Shown: positions 10,128 through 19,905 of the stretch, in pieces | How the letters are laid out: each line of letters opens with the position of its first letter | Numbering within the stretch: the stretch's first letter is position 1 | Assembly: GCA_027621355.1 (NCBI GenBank) | Contig: JAQCBZ010000001.1 | Location: 53,155-117,154 of the forward strand | Source: Bacteroidota bacterium | GTDB lineage: Bacteria > Bacteroidota > Rhodothermia > Balneolales > Balneolaceae | Reading direction: 5' to 3' | Length of the DNA stretch: 64,000 bases | Notes under the pieces: generated by a model | The model's database searches: none | Seen by the model: the letters and a program-made list of their open reading frames with translations, nothing else | Told to the model about the DNA's origin: nothing | Made by a program: the position numbers and the translations under genes

Positions 10128-11468
10128 ATGAATAAAGCTAGCTTTCAACATAGGTCGATACAACTGCTCGCTGGCGCCATGATGATGGGGGTGTTGATGA
10201 TCGCGTCGCCTAACACAGCCTGGGCACAAAATGATGACACTCAAGTAGCCAAAAGTGGTTCTATTTATTCCTATCCAGGCTTTGGCATGCCTGTCGACGT
10301 CATTGGCGCTACGACAGTAACCACCGGATTAGCGGGGATTGGAATGTATGATCCGACGACCTCCAACCTATCCAATCCTGGTGTGTGGGCGTTGTATCAA
10401 TACTCCGTGGGAAGCTTTCAGTTTGGACTCACGAGTCATCATGCAAAAGACACCTTTGGTTCTGCCAAAAACTCGCTTTTCAGCCTAGATCAATTTCACT
10501 TTGTTGCACCGCTGGTCAAGGGAAGACTTGGGCTCTCGGTATCTATGAGCCCCGTGACCCGCTCCAATTTCCGGCTTTACCAAGAGGGCACCTTTACCGC
10601 TGGACCCGATAACATCACCTTCGGAATTGATGAACAAGGAGCTGGGGGGATGAGTCGATTGGAAGTAGGGTTAGGGTACCGAATCACTCGAGGGCTCTCT
10701 GTAGGTGCAGCTCTTGGCTCCTATGTAACTTCGCTGGATAATGAAACCTTTATCTATTTCTCCTCCTTGCGATACACGCCTGTTCTCTTCTCTGAATCGT
10801 TTCGTGGGACAGATTTAGGAGCTAGATTTGGTCTTTTTTACCGCACTCAACCCAAAGATGGGCGTCCCTATGATCTTGAGCTAGGCGCTACCTACCAGCC
10901 AAGCCTTGAAATGGAGCTTGAGCGAAGCAAAGAGGGTTTTAAATCCATCGGCGGGCAAACACAACTGGTGAATCTCGATGTCGATCAAAGCAACCAGTTT
11001 GGCATCATCAAAACAGCTCCTGAGCTCGCTGTTGGGGGGACGATTACATGGAACCGCGCTACGATGATCTCCGCAGAATGGATGCAACAACAATGGGAAG
11101 AGGCTCAATTTGAGCTGGATGCAGAAGAGGAGGCCATGTATTCCAATCGCTCAAAAGTTGGTCTTGGCCTACAGTACCATCCTTTTAGGCGTGTCACTCG
11201 TAATGGATTCTTTCACAATATGAAATATGCGGTGGGAGTATCTCACGATACAGGACACCTCACGATCTCAGGAAACGATATTGTGACAAATAAGCTTGTT
11301 TTAGGACTTGGACTACCTGGACGTAGGTCTACATCTAGCGTTGACTTCACCTTTACGGTCGGCTCTAGAGGAACCGATCGTGATAATCTGCCTGTTGAAA
11401 CTATTTGGGGTGTTGGGGTTTCGTTAAATTTGGCAGAAATTATGTTTGTAAGACCAAAATTTCAGTAA
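10128..11468 (+). CDS. putative outer-membrane beta-barrel protein
   Basis: Signal peptide ending AWAQ, with alternating Gly/aromatic-rich beta-strand-like segments throughout. Start chosen at MNKASF, just after the upstream stop codon. Confidence 0.5.
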   Translation: MNKASFQHRSIQLLAGAMMMGVLMIASPNTAWAQNDDTQVAKSGSIYSYPGFGMPVDVIGATTVTTGLAGIGMYDPTTSNLSNPGVWALYQYSVGSFQFGLTSHHAKDTFGSAKNSLFSLDQFHFVAPLVKGRLGLSVSMSPVTRSNFRLYQEGTFTAGPDNITFGIDEQGAGGMSRLEVGLGYRITRGLSVGAALGSYVTSLDNETFIYFSSLRYTPVLFSESFRGTDLGARFGLFYRTQPKDGRPYDLELGATYQPSLEMELERSKEGFKSIGGQTQLVNLDVDQSNQFGIIKTAPELAVGGTITWNRATMISAEWMQQQWEEAQFELDAEEEAMYSNRSKVGLGLQYHPFRRVTRNGFFHNMKYAVGVSHDTGHLTISGNDIVTNKLVLGLGLPGRRSTSSVDFTFTVGSRGTDRDNLPVETIWGVGVSLNLAEIMFVRPKFQ

Positions 11469-11524
11469 GTTCGAACCTTCAAAGTAGTGTCTAAACTGTA
11501 AGTGATATCCATAATCTTGTACTC

Positions 11525-12877
11525 ATGATTCGACCCATTTCTCATCGACTCTTGACATGGGGCTTGTTCTCAGCCCTCATTATAGGCTTTAGCGTGCCCG
11601 CATTGGCACAAGAAGAAGACCCAGGCACGCCACCCTATGGCATGGAACCTCTTCAGGCCTACTCTCTATTCTATGAAAACTTCCGAATTAAGGATTATCA
11701 AATGGCGGAAATGTATGGCGAGTGGATGCTCGTCTCGCAACCCCGTGAACTAGAAGGTAATCCACGTTTTGCACTCGACACACAGTATCGTCGAATGATT
11801 CAGGTATACGCAGGTCGTGCGGAGCAAGAAAGCGATCCCTCCGTTCGTGCAGAGTACTACGAAAAGGCTGTTGCCCTATTTGACGACACTTATGCGCTGT
11901 TCACAGCCGAAGAGGTCGACCTTTTTGAATGGAAAGTGTTTGAAGGGCAGTTTTTCCAACAAAATTATGCCAATATCCGTAATGCACTAGATCGAACATA
12001 TGGAGCGTATCAGGAGGCATTTGATCTAGATTATCAGCGCCTCACAGAGATCAGTGATGGCTATTACGTGAGGATATTACTCGATAATTATGCCAATACG
12101 AACCAAAAAGATGAGGCGTTGGCGATGATTGATCTTGTCGAGCCAATTGCATCGCCTGCACTGCAGGACTTCATAGATTCAGCCCGAAATGATCTATTTG
12201 ATAGCCCAGAAGAACGTATTGAGTTTCTAGCAGGGCAACTAGAGAAATCACCTGGCGATGCCGCTATTATGAGTGAACTGGCTGCGCTGTATGATGAAAC
12301 CGGTGAGCGAGCAAAAGCTATTGAGCTGTTTACGCAACTCTATGAGCAAGACTCCTCCTATGACAACACTCTACGACTTGCACAAGTCAAGCAGGGGGAT
12401 GCAGATTATTCAGGGTCTAATACGCTTTACTTGCAAGCTTATGATTTGACCGAGGATGTGGATCGCAAAAAAGAGATTGCACTAGAAGTGTCAGAAAACT
12501 TTCAGAGCACCGACAATCTACAACAGGCTCGACGTTATGCAAGACAAGCTCAACAGCTTGATGGACAATGGTACAAGCCGGCAGAGCAAATTGCTCGGAT
12601 TTATGCCGCAGCTGTTTCGCAATGCACGCAAGGCAGAACGATTGATCGTGAAGATAAAACCGTATATTGGCTTGTCTTAGATTATTTTGAAAAAGCAAAA
12701 CGATTAAATTCATCTAATTCCTCCTCCCTGAATCGGTCGATCGAGCAGTACACAGCAGTAATGCCGACAACCGAAGACAAGTTCTTCAACTCTTGGACTA
12801 CAGGGGAATCTTTCACGATTGACGGATCCATCAACGCTTGCTACGATTGGATTAACGAATCTACAACGATTCGATAA
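11525..12877 (+). CDS. secreted TPR-like repeat protein
   Basis: 450-aa ORF with a signal peptide (PALAQ) and helical repeat content with Ala/Tyr/Leu periodicity typical of TPR. Confidence 0.5.
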   Translation: MIRPISHRLLTWGLFSALIIGFSVPALAQEEDPGTPPYGMEPLQAYSLFYENFRIKDYQMAEMYGEWMLVSQPRELEGNPRFALDTQYRRMIQVYAGRAEQESDPSVRAEYYEKAVALFDDTYALFTAEEVDLFEWKVFEGQFFQQNYANIRNALDRTYGAYQEAFDLDYQRLTEISDGYYVRILLDNYANTNQKDEALAMIDLVEPIASPALQDFIDSARNDLFDSPEERIEFLAGQLEKSPGDAAIMSELAALYDETGERAKAIELFTQLYEQDSSYDNTLRLAQVKQGDADYSGSNTLYLQAYDLTEDVDRKKEIALEVSENFQSTDNLQQARRYARQAQQLDGQWYKPAEQIARIYAAAVSQCTQGRTIDREDKTVYWLVLDYFEKAKRLNSSNSSSLNRSIEQYTAVMPTTEDKFFNSWTTGESFTIDGSINACYDWINESTTIR

Positions 12878-12959
12878 GGGTCCGACCAACAAGTAAGATT
12901 TGGGGTTTCGCTCTTAGGGGCAGGGATGGATTGTTTTAAGAAACACGGACAAAAACAGT

Positions 12960-14192
12960 ATGGCTAAATCCCGCAATAAAAGGGGTAAATACAATCCCAA
13001 AAGGGGTCGAAACAACCAAAAAGGTAGGCAGCGCAACAACCAGAAAAAGCGAAGTGGCTTTGTGCCGAAGTTTCAGGATGGACCTGACGTTTTTGTTGCT
13101 GGCACCTATGGCGGTGTGCTAGAAGTCAACGAGAAAGGCTATGGGTTTATCCGGAAGATAGACCATGAATTCACCTATCATCCTGCAGATCCCTTCATAA
13201 AACCTGATTGGGTTCGTAAACAAGATTTGAAGTCTGGTCTTGTACTTGAAGGGGAGTTTGAAGAAGATGCCCATGGTAATCGAAGAGTCTACTCTATTGA
13301 CCGTATTAACCAAAGGCCAGCGGATGAATGGCAAAAAGTAGTTCGTTTCGAACGACAAATCCCTGAGATGCCAACGGAGCCTCTTACGTTGGGTGTGAAT
13401 CCTGAAGAAGTTGAGTTACGTGCATTAGATCTCATTGCACCCATTGGAAAAGGGCAACGAGCCTTGATCGTTGCGCCTCCAAGAACAGGAAAAACGGTCT
13501 TGCTAAAACAAATCGCCGGCGCACTGACCGAGCACCATCCTGAGGTGCATACGTCCATTCTTTTGGTCGACGAAAGACCCGAGGAGGTGACCGACTTCTT
13601 GCGTACTACATCGGCTGAAGTCTTTGCCTCATCCAATGATCGCTCGACACAAAGCCATGTCCGTATTGCAGAAATGGCCTTAGGGTACGCCAAACGTAAA
13701 GCAGAGAGCGGTCAGGATGCTGTTTTGCTCATTGATTCGCTGACACGACTGGGTCGAGCTTATAATGCAGCGCAGACAGGGAGCGGGCGAACTCTATCGG
13801 GTGGCCTTGATATTCGTGCCTTAGAAGTTCCAAAACGGATATTCGGATCCGCGAGAGCTTTTGAGAGTGGTGGCTCGCTCACCATTATCGCTACCTGTTT
13901 GATCGAAACCAATTCACGCATGGATGATTTGATCTTCGAGGAGTTTAAAGGAACAGGAAACATGGAGCTCGTTCTTGACAGAGAGGTTGCAAACGATCGC
14001 ATCTTTCCAGCCATTAATATTCTTGCCTCAGGAACGCGTAATGAAGATAAGTTCATTACCGACTCCATGGATGAACGCAATGCCATACGTCGGTACTTGC
14101 TCAAAAAATCGCCGAAAGATGCGATGCTACAGTTGCTCAAAGTGATTAAAAACACGGATAGCAACGAAGAGCTCTTTATGCAACTTCAGTAA
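12960..14192 (+). CDS. rho: transcription termination factor Rho
   Basis: CSD-like RNA-binding segment GVLEVNEKGYGFIR, Walker A APPRTGKT, Walker B LLIDSLTRL. There is a K/R/N-rich N-terminal tail. Confidence 0.95.
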   Translation: MAKSRNKRGKYNPKRGRNNQKGRQRNNQKKRSGFVPKFQDGPDVFVAGTYGGVLEVNEKGYGFIRKIDHEFTYHPADPFIKPDWVRKQDLKSGLVLEGEFEEDAHGNRRVYSIDRINQRPADEWQKVVRFERQIPEMPTEPLTLGVNPEEVELRALDLIAPIGKGQRALIVAPPRTGKTVLLKQIAGALTEHHPEVHTSILLVDERPEEVTDFLRTTSAEVFASSNDRSTQSHVRIAEMALGYAKRKAESGQDAVLLIDSLTRLGRAYNAAQTGSGRTLSGGLDIRALEVPKRIFGSARAFESGGSLTIIATCLIETNSRMDDLIFEEFKGTGNMELVLDREVANDRIFPAINILASGTRNEDKFITDSMDERNAIRRYLLKKSPKDAMLQLLKVIKNTDSNEELFMQLQ

Positions 14193-14506
14193 ACAGGAAG
14201 CGTTGGGTCTATCTCACGGGCCCAAGCATTGATTCCGCCTGCTAGGTTCGTGACATTCTCAAAGCCTTCTCCTTGCAGAACTTGACAAGCTCTAGCACTT
14301 CGGCCTCCTGAACGACACATTACGATCACTTCTTTGAGCTTGTGTTGCTCAATTTCGTCCACCCGTTCGGATAATTGATCCAGTGGGATTAGCTCTGCGC
14401 CAATATTGCTCAACTCATATTCGTGCTGTTCTCTTACATCCAGCACAAACACATCCTCTTTGGCGTCTAGCTTTTTCTTTAGTTCGTCAACGTTGATCTC
14501 TTTCAT
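14186..14506 (-). CDS. rhodanese-domain sulfurtransferase
   Basis: Active-site loop CRSGGRS. Start taken at MKEINVDELKK; the ORF track extends it to 14554. Confidence 0.8.
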   Translation of the reverse strand: MKEINVDELKKKLDAKEDVFVLDVREQHEYELSNIGAELIPLDQLSERVDEIEQHKLKEVIVMCRSGGRSARACQVLQGEGFENVTNLAGGINAWAREIDPTLPVY

Positions 14507-15266
14507 GACTCGCCTCTTTTTGTTGATATCGCTCCAAATGAAATTGTTTTCCAAGATAGAGATTTCTTGCCTCTTCGTCTTGGGCTAGCTCTTCAGGCGT
14601 TCCTTCTTTAAAGACTTTCCCGGAGTACATCAAGTAGGTGCGGTCGGTAATCGCAAGGGTTTCGTGGACATTGTGATCGGTGATTAAGACGCCTAGATTC
14701 CGTTTTTTTAGATCAGCAATAATGTGTTGAATCTCCTCAACAGCAATGGGGTCGATCCCGGCAAAGGGCTCATCAAGCAGCAAAAACTTTGGGTCTGTCG
14801 CCAGGGCTCGGGCAATTTCTGTACGCCTTCGCTCACCACCTGAGCACTCTGATCCCTTGTTGTTGGAGACATGCTCAAGCCCAAACTCTTGGATTAGCGC
14901 ATCCGCTTTAGCGTCTCTTTCTTGCTTAGGTACCCCCTGGAACTGCATCACGACCAGTAGATTCTCACGGACGGTAAGGTCGCGAAAGACAGAGGGTTCC
15001 TGCGGCAAATAGCCAAGCCCTAGGCGAGCTCTCTTAAACATCGGCTTGTGTGCAATGGACACATCATCGAGCTTAATCGTCCCACGTTCGGCTCGAATCA
15101 ACCCAACAATCATTTGGAACGTGGTTGTTTTTCCTGCCCCATTGGGTCCTAGTAGTCCGACAACCTCTCCCTGTTGGAGCGATAGGCTTACATCGTTCAC
15201 TACAACTCGCGAGCGATAGCTTTTCTTTAACCCTTCAACATAAAGATAAGAGAGGTTGGAAGTCAT
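14487..15266 (-). CDS. lptB: LPS export ABC transporter ATP-binding protein
   Basis: Walker A GPNGAGKTT, signature SGGERRR, Walker B LLLDEPFAG. Length and N-terminus are typical of LptB. Confidence 0.88.
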   Translation of the reverse strand: MTSNLSYLYVEGLKKSYRSRVVVNDVSLSLQQGEVVGLLGPNGAGKTTTFQMIVGLIRAERGTIKLDDVSIAHKPMFKRARLGLGYLPQEPSVFRDLTVRENLLVVMQFQGVPKQERDAKADALIQEFGLEHVSNNKGSECSGGERRRTEIARALATDPKFLLLDEPFAGIDPIAVEEIQHIIADLKKRNLGVLITDHNVHETLAITDRTYLMYSGKVFKEGTPEELAQDEEARNLYLGKQFHLERYQQKEASHERDQR

Positions 15267-15964
15267 ACTGTTATGTCAACAGCCTGTAAAAATGCATCGA
15301 GTAGTTGTCGGCCATCAGTATTGCCCAGTTGTGGCTCAGCTGCACGCTCTGGGTGAGGCATCAGTCCAAGTACATTTCCTTGGCGATTGCAAATGCCCGC
15401 TATGGCGGCCGTGGATCCGTTCACGTTGGCCTTGGGGTCTAGGTCCCCGAGTTCATTCACGTACCGAAAGACAATTTGCTGGTGATCTTCTAGACTTTTT
15501 AGCCCCTCATCGTCGATCCGGTAATTTCCTTCGCCATGGGAAATCGGGACTTTGAAGGTGTCCTCAGGGTCAAGCCCTTGTGTAAAGCGTGATCGATTCC
15601 CGGCCTCTACTTTGAGATGTATCGACTTGCATATGAAACGGAGGTTTTCGTTGTGCAGCATCACACCAGGCAACAACCCGGCTTCGAGTAAGATTTGGAA
15701 TCCATTGCAGATACCAATGACCGGCCCACCCTTTTGGGCAAAGGCTTGTATGGACTCCATAATGGGAGAAAATCTAGCAATCGCCCCCGTGCGTAGATAG
15801 TCTCCATACGAAAACCCACCCGGGATAATCACCATGTCTGGGGTTCCTATGGATGTCTCTTTGTGCCAAACGGAACTTACCTTCGCGCCAAGCACCGTGC
15901 CAAACACATGCTCGGTATCGTGATCACAATTGGATCCTGGGAAAATGGGAATGGCAATATTCAT
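15263..15964 (-). CDS. purQ: phosphoribosylformylglycinamidine synthase, glutaminase subunit
   Basis: 233 aa. GATase-1 nucleophile elbow GICNGFQ and the C-terminal MPHPER motif. Confidence 0.92.
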   Translation of the reverse strand: MNIAIPIFPGSNCDHDTEHVFGTVLGAKVSSVWHKETSIGTPDMVIIPGGFSYGDYLRTGAIARFSPIMESIQAFAQKGGPVIGICNGFQILLEAGLLPGVMLHNENLRFICKSIHLKVEAGNRSRFTQGLDPEDTFKVPISHGEGNYRIDDEGLKSLEDHQQIVFRYVNELGDLDPKANVNGSTAAIAGICNRQGNVLGLMPHPERAAEPQLGNTDGRQLLDAFLQAVDITV

Positions 15965-15966
15965 AC

Positions 15967-16272
15967 TTATCCTTTGATTTCGGTGATCAAGTCAATCTCT
16001 TCTAATATAGCTTTTACCCTCAACGCCTTGTCAAACTCTCCCTCATACACTACCGCGCTTCCATGATGGTGCACTTCAAACGTCAGTTGTGAGGCCTTCT
16101 CCTTTGTGCACTGAATCGCTTTGATAATCTGTGCGATCACCTCCTCAAAGGTGTGGTCCTCGTCATTATAAAGAATCACACGCCAGGGTTCGGATGCAGA
16201 CGTTTCTACATCCTCCAGCTCTAGCGTCTCTTCCGTTGAAGCAGGTTTATTGGCTTGTGTCATGGGCGACAC
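15967..16272 (-). CDS. clpS: ATP-dependent Clp protease adaptor ClpS
   Basis: 101 aa with the core WRVILYNDEDHTFEEVI...FEVHHHG. Confidence 0.88.
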   Translation of the reverse strand: MSPMTQANKPASTEETLELEDVETSASEPWRVILYNDEDHTFEEVIAQIIKAIQCTKEKASQLTFEVHHHGSAVVYEGEFDKALRVKAILEEIDLITEIKG

Positions 16273-16513
16273 GCTTCATTTCTATCTCAACATCTTCCAT
16301 CACGTCATTCGCCAGCAACTTTTGGCACGCTTCCTCTACCTTTTTTTGTGCTTCCTCTTCTGTGGCAGCTTCCACATTCATGGTAATAAGCTTCCCAATC
16401 CTAACGTCTTGGATAGCCGTGAGCCCCAGCTGGTGAAGCGCTTGCTCCGAGGCCTTTCCTTTTGGGTCCAAAATCGATGGGCGAAGGGTTACATGAACCG
16501 AGGCTTGAAACAT
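16247..16513 (-). CDS. purS: phosphoribosylformylglycinamidine synthase subunit PurS
   Basis: 88 aa. VHVTLRPSILDPKG is typical of PurS. It lies upstream of purQ. Confidence 0.88.
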   Translation of the reverse strand: MFQASVHVTLRPSILDPKGKASEQALHQLGLTAIQDVRIGKLITMNVEAATEEEAQKKVEEACQKLLANDVMEDVEIEMKRVAHDTSQ

Positions 16514-16567
16514 GGCAATGAATGAATTACTTGATGGTTTAAAGGTATGATTTCTTGAGCAATGGGG

Positions 16568-17473
16568 CTAGTGGTTGCCGCCTGCTTGAATCCACTGAAT
16601 AAAGGGCCATCTTCTAAACCACGTCATTTGCCGTTTTGCGTATTGACGCGTTGCAATGACAATCGCTTCTTGTGTCTCTAGTAGAGTGGCTTTTCCATCA
16701 AAAAATGGCTTCCATTCCCGATAACCGACACTTTTCATGGGGTTGGAGTCCCAAGAGCACCCGTCATTTAAAAGAGATTCCACTTCCTTTTGTAGCCCCT
16801 TATCTATCATGGTCTGAACACGCGCAGCAATTCGTTCATGGAGTATGGCTCTCTCCATAAAAAGGCCAAACACTGGCTGGGAAGCAAAGAGCGGGTTTGT
16901 AGGGCGATCAAAGCCCTGCTTATGTTGTGTGTGAAAAGAGCTGAAGGGCCTCCCTGTTTGCATCCACACATCAAGCGCCCTCAAAATTCGTTGCCGATTT
17001 AGTCCGTCCATTTGAGATGCGTAGGCAGGGTCCACACTCTGAAGTTTTTGATACAGGCCTGCCAATCCAATGCTCTTTTCTTCTTCTTGAAGTGCTTCAA
17101 GGTGTTGCGCTTCTGAGGGGGGGGCAGCTTCCAGTGGAAACAGTAGGGCCTGCAAATAGAGGGTGCTCCCTCCCACAATAATAAGTGGGGTATTGCGAGA
17201 TTGTGTCTCCTCGATGATGGACGTAGCTTTTTGTTGAAAACTTGACGCTGTTTCGGTGCCATGTGGCGAAACGGTCTGAACATAATGATGAGGAATCCCC
17301 TCTTGTTCCTCTGGGGGGGTAGCCGATGTGCCAATCAGCATACCCCTATAACACTGCCTCGAGTCAGCAGATAGGATTTCGCCCCCTAGGCTTCTTGCCA
17401 TCCGGATGGCTAATGCACTCTTTCCAGAGGCGGTTGGCCCCAAAACTGTGAGGATGGGTGCCCCCGTATTCAT
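16568..17473 (-). CDS. miaA: tRNA dimethylallyltransferase
   Basis: P-loop GPTASGKSALA, DSRQCYRGM, and length of 301 aa. Confidence 0.92.
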   Translation of the reverse strand: MNTGAPILTVLGPTASGKSALAIRMARSLGGEILSADSRQCYRGMLIGTSATPPEEQEGIPHHYVQTVSPHGTETASSFQQKATSIIEETQSRNTPLIIVGGSTLYLQALLFPLEAAPPSEAQHLEALQEEEKSIGLAGLYQKLQSVDPAYASQMDGLNRQRILRALDVWMQTGRPFSSFHTQHKQGFDRPTNPLFASQPVFGLFMERAILHERIAARVQTMIDKGLQKEVESLLNDGCSWDSNPMKSVGYREWKPFFDGKATLLETQEAIVIATRQYAKRQMTWFRRWPFIQWIQAGGNH

Positions 17474-18591
17474 CGCTTACGTAGTTCTGGGATCGCTACT
17501 TTCAATGAGACTCGATGGGTCACGCCTAGATCCGATGCATACCCTGAAAAATCGGTGAATGCATAATCTACCACGACTCTAGTGGTTTCGATACCCAATC
17601 CTACCGCAGGCGTCCAGGTTGCAGATCCCTCCTGAGGCAGGACAAGATCACTCAATCCCCAGCGAAGATGTGCCCAAGTCCATGCTGTGAGTTCAAAGCC
17701 AAGATGGGGTTCAACGCTCATGCCCCCAAGGTTGAGGTTGTAGGCTTGTCGATTTTCTACATGAACCACCACATCGCCCACGACTTGTAATGAAAACTCC
17801 CCAAGGGATTGGGATCGTGCGACAGATAGTCGTGCTGAAGGGCGGACAGATTCTTTGGTAGAGTTTGGCAAGACATCGCCATAAACGGTCTCTAAAGGAG
17901 CAAGCTCCTCGGCATCATAGCGCCAAAATTTTAACATCGAAAAGAGATCATTCACATGAAGCCCCATGCTCCATTGCTCTGACGTTCCTTGAATCGCTGC
18001 GTCCAATCCCGTGCCCCATGCATTGGCAAACGGCCCGACTGTGTGGCTGATCCATTTGATCGAAGCCCCCGTGGACCATGTTGCCCCAAACCAAGAACGG
18101 TCAAGTGACTGTCCGTAAGACAAAAATAGGGCCTGATCGCTCACATTAAAGGTCGTAATCGCACCAGAGGCATTGGCAATGGGGCTTTGGCGGTCAGGGT
18201 CCCATGCGTTGAGGGTGTTTTGTACGCCATTCACCCCTTGTCTTAACCATGAGATCGCAAAAACTCTTCCCTCTTCTATAGGGTACGCAAAGGCAACATA
18301 ATCTCGAGATAAGATACCCCCAAATCGCTCTGATCGCATCCAAATGGTTTCGGGGGTGTCTATCTGACTCAATCCCGCAACGTTCCAGAAAGGGGATGTA
18401 CCATCATGCACGACAGCCCCTTGAGCCTCCCCCATGGCTAGGCCTCTTGCTCCAGCACCCAAAGACAAAAAATCCCCACCATATTTTGCATTTCGGAAGG
18501 ATTGTGCAGATGCCGGGTGTACGCACATCGTCCACAGAAAACCCACTCCAAAGAGGAACTGCCAGTATCGGTAATTCAGGGCGCGTTTCAT
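17470..18591 (-). CDS. outer-membrane beta-barrel protein, PorV/PorQ-like
   Basis: Signal peptide ending ASAQ. GAGARGLAMGEAQGA...FWNVAGL resembles the PorV/PorQ family N-terminus. Start set at MKRALNYRYW. Confidence 0.45.
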   Translation of the reverse strand: MKRALNYRYWQFLFGVGFLWTMCVHPASAQSFRNAKYGGDFLSLGAGARGLAMGEAQGAVVHDGTSPFWNVAGLSQIDTPETIWMRSERFGGILSRDYVAFAYPIEEGRVFAISWLRQGVNGVQNTLNAWDPDRQSPIANASGAITTFNVSDQALFLSYGQSLDRSWFGATWSTGASIKWISHTVGPFANAWGTGLDAAIQGTSEQWSMGLHVNDLFSMLKFWRYDAEELAPLETVYGDVLPNSTKESVRPSARLSVARSQSLGEFSLQVVGDVVVHVENRQAYNLNLGGMSVEPHLGFELTAWTWAHLRWGLSDLVLPQEGSATWTPAVGLGIETTRVVVDYAFTDFSGYASDLGVTHRVSLKVAIPELRKR

Positions 18592-18785
18592 GCTGTAAAG
18601 GTACACATTTTCTAGGGTCACTGAGCTGAGCCGGCTCAATCCACATCTTGGCAGCAACACGTACGAAGCCATGGTGATAAAGCAACGAATTTGTGTATAT
18701 TTTTAGCGTTGAGGAATTCCGTTTTTTCTCTGTACCCATCGCTTAGCAACCTCTAACAAAAACCGCTTCAGAGCCGCCGATTCGC

Positions 18786-19898
18786 ATGAAATTCACAGTT
18801 AATAGTAGCCAACTCAATTCAGGTCTAAGCGCCGTGGTAGGTGCTGTCCCTGGAAAGGCAACCCTCCCCATTTTAGAAACCATATTGTTCAGCCTGGAAG
18901 GAAATACACTCAAGCTGACTGCCACCGATCTGGAAATTGCCATGATCCAAACGGTGGAGGTGGATGGTCAAGAAGCTGGCTCGGTATCTGTACCAGCAAA
19001 ACGCCTTCTTGAAACGCTACGACAGCTTCCAGACACACCCGTCACCTTTGCTGTAGATGACCAACAGTCCATCACGTTCAGTACCGACAAAGGAACCTAT
19101 AAGCTTGTCGGGGAAAGTGGGGAAGACTTCCCCGGTGTGCCGGATCTTACCGACGGCACCACATTAACTTGTGAGAGCGATGTACTCAAAAAGGCCATTC
19201 AGAAAACCCTATTTGCTGTATCCAATGACGATTTGCGACCTGCGATGATGGGGGTCTTTTTCACCGTCACCTCAGAAGGGACAACCTTCGTTGCAACCGA
19301 TGGACATCGCTTGGTAAAATACCACGATGATGGGCTCTCCTCCACCGAGACGCTCACCTTTATCGTGCCCGAGAAAGCGCTTAACCAAGTGCTAAAGTCG
19401 ATTCACTCCGATGCGAGCTCGGTCAGCGTATCTGATTCCCATGTCGTCTTTGAGCATGGAGACACCGTGGTGATCTCGAGGCTCATTAATGAACAATATC
19501 CCAATTACGAATCTGTGATTCCAAAGGATAATGACAAGACCCTCTTTATCGATCGTGAAACGCTCCTAGCAACGGTAAAACGGGTTTCGGTCTTCTCAAG
19601 CACCACAACGCGGCAGATTCGCCTTCAGCTTGGGGAAAATTCAGTCGTTTTGAGAGCAGAGGATTTAGACATGAGTAGTGAGGCCAAGGAGAGTTTAGCA
19701 TGCGATTATGATGGCGAAACCATGGAAATTGGCTTTAATGCACGCTACCTCGGGGACGTTTTGTCAAATATGAACCACGAACAAGTCCGCTTCGAGTTTT
19801 CCACGCCGAACCGTGCTGGCATTGTGAAGCCTGCCACCGAAGAGGAGGGTCGATCACTACTTATGCTGGTGATGCCGGTCATGCTCAATACCTATTAA
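18786..19898 (+). CDS. dnaN: DNA polymerase III beta sliding clamp
   Basis: 370 aa. MKFTVNSSQL...LEGNTLKLTATDLE...ATDGHRL are typical DnaN blocks. Confidence 0.95.
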   Translation: MKFTVNSSQLNSGLSAVVGAVPGKATLPILETILFSLEGNTLKLTATDLEIAMIQTVEVDGQEAGSVSVPAKRLLETLRQLPDTPVTFAVDDQQSITFSTDKGTYKLVGESGEDFPGVPDLTDGTTLTCESDVLKKAIQKTLFAVSNDDLRPAMMGVFFTVTSEGTTFVATDGHRLVKYHDDGLSSTETLTFIVPEKALNQVLKSIHSDASSVSVSDSHVVFEHGDTVVISRLINEQYPNYESVIPKDNDKTLFIDRETLLATVKRVSVFSSTTTRQIRLQLGENSVVLRAEDLDMSSEAKESLACDYDGETMEIGFNARYLGDVLSNMNHEQVRFEFSTPNRAGIVKPATEEEGRSLLMLVMPVMLNTY

Positions 19899-19905
19899 GC
19901 CTAGG

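Noticed and set aside
17117-17319. G8 (17117-17124) and G7 (17313-17319) homopolymer tracts inside miaA, considered as phase-variation switches
   Set aside because: They encode Pro-Pro segments in frame, and a similar G7 tract occurs in malQ. Nothing indicates length polymorphism from a single sequence.
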